59,238 nucleotides of DNA from the NCBI GenBank assembly GCA_001823695.1, contig MHVD01000017.1:1-59238 (forward strand), written 5' to 3'. Made by a program: the position numbers and the translations under genes. Under the pieces are notes generated by a model. The model was not told where the DNA came from and made no database searches. It saw nothing but the letters and a program-made list of their open reading frames with translations. The DNA is from Candidatus Zambryskibacteria bacterium RIFCSPHIGHO2_01_FULL_43_25 (GTDB lineage Bacteria; Patescibacteriota; Minisyncoccia; Phycocordibacterales; Zambryskibacteraceae). Shown piece by piece: positions 56,046-59,238 of the stretch; position 1 is the first letter of the stretch; each line of letters begins with the position of its first letter.

Positions 56046-56064
56046 TTGCTAATCCTCTAATTGA

Positions 56065-56547
56065 CTATTCGTAATTTACTACAACTGTTCCTTTGCGGGT
56101 CGGGTACTCCTTATTGATGTAGACGTACTTGCCGGTATTGTTGAATATGAAGCTGTAAGTGCCGCCGCGGACAACCGCTACTCCTTGGTTTAAGGCGGGA
56201 AGCGAACCATCGGACACAATCCACATTTTTTCGTCGCTTTGATTCAGGAAAATTACCTTCTGGCCGCGGGTTATGACGGCAATACTCGGTGTGAATCTGT
56301 CCCCGGTATAGACGACAACAGTCGGTTCTTCTGTTGATGCTGGAACAGGAACTGTTGTACCGGTTTTGACGGTTGGCTTAGGTGCCGAGACGGAACTGCC
56401 TGAAGTTGTCGGCGCTGGCTTCTCATCTGTCGCACCGGTTTGTTCTGTGTCGGCAGGAGCTTGTGTTTCCTTGCTTCCTGCCAGCAAAAAACCCAAGAGC
56501 ACAAGGACTACAATAACGAGAACCGCAATAATTGTGTTTTTATTCAT
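56065..56547 (-). CDS. Membrane-anchored cupredoxin-fold-like protein
   Basis: N-terminal TM, P/T-rich linker, FTPS...GQKVIFLN...YSFIF..TGKYVY..KGTVVV; canonical Cu ligands appear absent. Confidence 0.7.
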   Translation of the reverse strand: MNKNTIIAVLVIVVLVLLGFLLAGSKETQAPADTEQTGATDEKPAPTTSGSSVSAPKPTVKTGTTVPVPASTEEPTVVVYTGDRFTPSIAVITRGQKVIFLNQSDEKMWIVSDGSLPALNQGVAVVRGGTYSFIFNNTGKYVYINKEYPTRKGTVVVNYE

Positions 56548-56594
56548 ATTAAAAATGTTAACTGAAAATTATATTTGTATTATACAACATAAAA

Positions 56595-56969
56595 TCAACC
56601 ATCCAGCACCTTTCTGGCTTTTCTTCTTATAAAAGCCAGAAAACCAGACAGCGAAAGTAGCAGTGTAATTACGGTCGTAATTACAACTACTGACAGTGCT
56701 CCGTGTATAAATACGTCTTTAGCCAGAAAGAAAAATGAAAAGCCGACGTAATTTATAACCAAATCAGCAATCTGGTTTGAAGTTACTTCTATCTTGTAAA
56801 TGTGTTCAAAAATCTCCCAGACAGCAAAGGTTATTGCGGCAATCCCGACAGATGCATACAGGGGCGCGCCTAGAAAGAAAAGCCACCCTGCCAGTACGAA
56901 CCCGCTCAAAAAATGCACCAATGACCAGAGGTCTATGTATTTTCCTTCTCTCCAAATATCTTTTTCCAT
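56595..56969 (-). CDS. Small membrane protein
   Basis: DLWSLVHFLSG..WEIFE motif; start probably ATG 56969. Confidence 0.65.
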   Translation of the reverse strand: MEKDIWREGKYIDLWSLVHFLSGFVLAGWLFFLGAPLYASVGIAAITFAVWEIFEHIYKIEVTSNQIADLVINYVGFSFFFLAKDVFIHGALSVVVITTVITLLLSLSGFLAFIRRKARKVLDG

Positions 56970-57019
56970 TTTTATCAGTATCTCCACTTTCCCGCTATAG
57001 CGGAAAAATGGGGATGTTT

Positions 57020-57511
57020 TCATCCCGGCGGGCAGGTTTTTAGGCCCTTTTTCTCCAGGTATTTCTGATGATATTCTTCGGCTCTGTAGAACTTCTGGGC
57101 CGGTAGAATGCCGGTAACTATTCTTTTGGGCTTATATGCGCCGGAATTTTGCAGTTCTTCTTTTGATTTTTTGGCCGTCTCCTCTTGTTCGGGAGTGTGG
57201 AAGAAAATGGCCGAAGCGTACTGGCTCCCGATATCGGGGCCTTGGCGATTAAGCTCGGTTGGGTCGTGGATCTTCCAGAAGGTCTCAAGGAGTTTTTCGT
57301 AAGTAATTTTTTGCGGGTCGTATTTTATATTTACCGCTTCAATATGGCCAGTTTTGTCTGTGCAAATCTTTTCGTATGTCGGGTTTTCGGTTGTCCCGCC
57401 TGTATAACCGACCTGTGTTTCCACGACTCCGGGTAATTCCGCAAACGCCGCCTCTACCCCCCAGAAACATCCGGCTCCAAATGTCGCTTGCTGTAACCCG
57501 TCCGGTTCCAT
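57020..57511 (-). CDS. msrA: Peptide-methionine (S)-S-oxide reductase
   Basis: [31 protein letters not shown]. Confidence 0.97.
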   Translation of the reverse strand: MEPDGLQQATFGAGCFWGVEAAFAELPGVVETQVGYTGGTTENPTYEKICTDKTGHIEAVNIKYDPQKITYEKLLETFWKIHDPTELNRQGPDIGSQYASAIFFHTPEQEETAKKSKEELQNSGAYKPKRIVTGILPAQKFYRAEEYHQKYLEKKGLKTCPPG

Positions 57512-57541
57512 AATTTTTGATTTTGTTACCTGACTCGCGCT

Positions 57542-57973
57542 CTATTTGAAATACAACTTTTCCGAACTTATCGTGATATTACCGCCCATTGATTTTTTTT
57601 CGGTCTTTATAACTACCGTTTTGGTTTCCTTGGCGTTAAATGTTTTCTCCTCTTCCAGATTTCTGGTCTCGTCAATAAATTTAACGGTGTGCGTTCCCGA
57701 CAAATTCAAACTTTTGTTAAATACTACTGGCGGCATAATCTGTTGCGGCCCAACTTTGCCTGAAAACAATGCATCTCCGTCAAGCAAGACCTTGATTGAG
57801 AGGGTTTCTCCTGTTTGGTGATCTGCCAGAACTACGATACTAGTCGTGGCCGGCGCCAGCCCGATTTTTGCCCAAGTATTGACCCGATGCGCACCCCCTT
57901 CTTCCGGTCTGGGCCAGATGGGGACGAAACTAATGATAATTATAATGATGACTATTATTAAAAATATTTGCAT
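57542..57973 (-). CDS. Hypothetical membrane-anchored beta-rich protein
   Basis: N-terminal hydrophobic helix; 143-aa open frame. Confidence 0.6.
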   Translation of the reverse strand: MQIFLIIVIIIIIISFVPIWPRPEEGGAHRVNTWAKIGLAPATTSIVVLADHQTGETLSIKVLLDGDALFSGKVGPQQIMPPVVFNKSLNLSGTHTVKFIDETRNLEEEKTFNAKETKTVVIKTEKKSMGGNITISSEKLYFK

Positions 57974-58232
57974 ATCCTATATTCTAGCACTAGTTTCAAT
58001 CTGGCGGAGAAATTATATCCTTTGCGCGAACCTTTTTCGAGGGACGATGACCCGCCCCGTTGCCCGCCTCCGCTAACGCTCCGGCGGCAACCTCGCAGAA
58101 AAATATCCTCGTCCTTTATAGAAAAAATCGAGCGCGCGCAAATCAGAAATGCGTACGCCGCTATGGTAATCACGCCAAGTGCAGATACAACTCATGCTCC
58201 ATACGCAATCTTTTTCATTTTATCTTGTAACT

Positions 58233-58685
58233 CTACTGAGTACTGTTGGAGACGGGCTGATAGAAAGATTTATTGAATCCTAAAATAGGATAGAAGATGA
58301 AGGGAAGAAGGATAAGTCCTAAACTCATGCCGATACCGTGACCGAATACTCGAGAGATGCGCGAAGGAACAATAAGGCCAATTACAACTAAGGCAACAAT
58401 GCCCAGTATCATAGCAATCGGCAACAACAAACTTGTTAATCTACCAAGAACCATGAATGCAGAACCACCTGACGCTGTGCCAAAAAACATGGTAATTCCC
58501 CATAGAGTCACAGACACCAAAGGGATGAATGAAGCCCAAAACCACCAGACAGAGGTTCGACTTACTTTGATTAAAAGATAAATGTTGTAAATCGGTATTA
58601 TTGCTCCCCACCAGGGTTTGCCTGCTTTTCTAAAAACTCCTGCCATTCCAGCGATTACCAGAACAATCAATAATAACTTGGTCAT
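58233..58685 (-). CDS. DUF5684-like membrane protein
   Basis: VFRKAGKPWWGAIIPIYN and FGHGIGMSLGLILLP motifs. Confidence 0.8.
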   Translation of the reverse strand: MTKLLLIVLVIAGMAGVFRKAGKPWWGAIIPIYNIYLLIKVSRTSVWWFWASFIPLVSVTLWGITMFFGTASGGSAFMVLGRLTSLLLPIAMILGIVALVVIGLIVPSRISRVFGHGIGMSLGLILLPFIFYPILGFNKSFYQPVSNSTQ

Positions 58686-58885
58686 TATATTCTTTATGAT
58701 TTATTAATATCTATACCTAAAAAATTATACCATGAAAACCAGTGGAGATACTCTATGTAGAACTTGAGAAGCACCTCGTAAGCGCATCTCGTGCAGGATA
58801 ACCTATCACGACTTGGCGGAACGAGTTCGAAGCCCTTCACTTCGTTCAGGACTCTCGCAAAATATATTCGCAAGAGCTCATTATT

Positions 58886-58906
58886 TTGCGGAGACGGTGG
58901 GATTCG
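58886..58906 (-). repeat. 21-bp duplicate of the tRNA-Ser 3' end (att-like)
   Basis: ttgcggagacggtgggattcg is identical to 59076-59096. Confidence 0.85.
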
Positions 58907-59078
58907 GTCACGAGTTACTAAGTCTTTTGTTGCTAATCGCACAAAAGCCAAAGTACTCTCGACCCCGCCTCAGCTGCAGTCGCTTCGCAACTGACTTCGC
59001 ACCTGCGGCTTTCGAATTCCGCCTATCGCGCGCCGACACCTCGCTCGAACATCTCCCAGATGTTCTTGCGAGTCGTTG

Positions 59079-59165
59079 CGGAGACGGTGGGATTCGAACC
59101 CACGAGGGGGTTACCCCCCTAACACCTTAGCACGGTGCCGCTTTCGACCACTCAGCCACGTCTCC
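59079..59165 (-). tRNA. tRNA-Ser(GCT)
   Basis: ggagacg acceptor, gcacc-gt-GCT-aa-ggtgt anticodon arm, long variable arm, G73. Confidence 0.95.
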
Positions 59166-59238
59166 AGTCGTTTACCACAACACACTACCACAATTAAATT
59201 TCATTTTCTAATGCGCCAGTGTTATGGCTATTATTTTC

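Noticed and set aside
270-57436. Numerous 60-230-aa antisense or overlapping ORFs within housekeeping genes
   Set aside because: Expected shadow ORFs of real genes; none has a recognisable motif.
58813-58840. Additional tRNA gene
   Set aside because: Only a vague T-arm-like resemblance; no cloverleaf.
57846-59130. ORFs 57968..58276(+), 58694..58951(-), 58791..58994(+) and 58813..59130(+)
   Set aside because: They overlap hairpin elements or the tRNA repeat and have no protein-like features.
1-59238. DGR reverse transcriptase or template repeat
   Set aside because: No ORF has RT motifs, and I saw no A-rich counterpart of 19090-19190.
1-59238. Alternative genetic code (UGA=Gly)
   Set aside because: Conserved genes such as recJ, ftsH and rplX end correctly at TGA, and none has an internal TGA.

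Overview
Core-genome segment of a Patescibacteria/CPR bacterium, most likely Parcubacteria-like. The call is inferred from rpmD (L30) being absent from the spc block, Lys-rich r-protein extensions, SD-poor starts and standard code 11. Left to right it holds the end of a type IV pilus locus, tpiA-pgk, recJ-rnhA-comEC, sod, rpmB, and a fused str-S10-spc r-protein cluster ending secY-adk-map-ndk. After that come a beta-CASP MBL hydrolase, infC-rpmI-rplT, an accessory zone (orphan cassettes, an IS481-like element, tRNA-Ala), smpB-ssrA, ftsH, a 1307-aa LamG/Ig/sulfatase protein, tRNA-Ile(UAU), recG, msrA and tRNA-Ser. The most unusual signal is in the intergenic DNA. Small hairpin or inverted-repeat elements repeatedly sit at the starts of essential genes. 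In fusA and rpsS the same ACCCCAAA-hairpin-TACGGGGCGAGAAG module lies between two copies of the gene's 5' end that keep the protein sequence but differ at synonymous positions. Other highlights are an orphan gene between fusA and tuf with a strongly A-depleted DGR-type variable region, a 3x GTAGCAGACCTCTAC hairpin array after rplB, candidate ncRNAs, in-frame micro-insertions, and a set of GC-rich, SD-led, self-terminated orphan cassettes. No database searches or folding programs were run; all calls come from reading the sequence.
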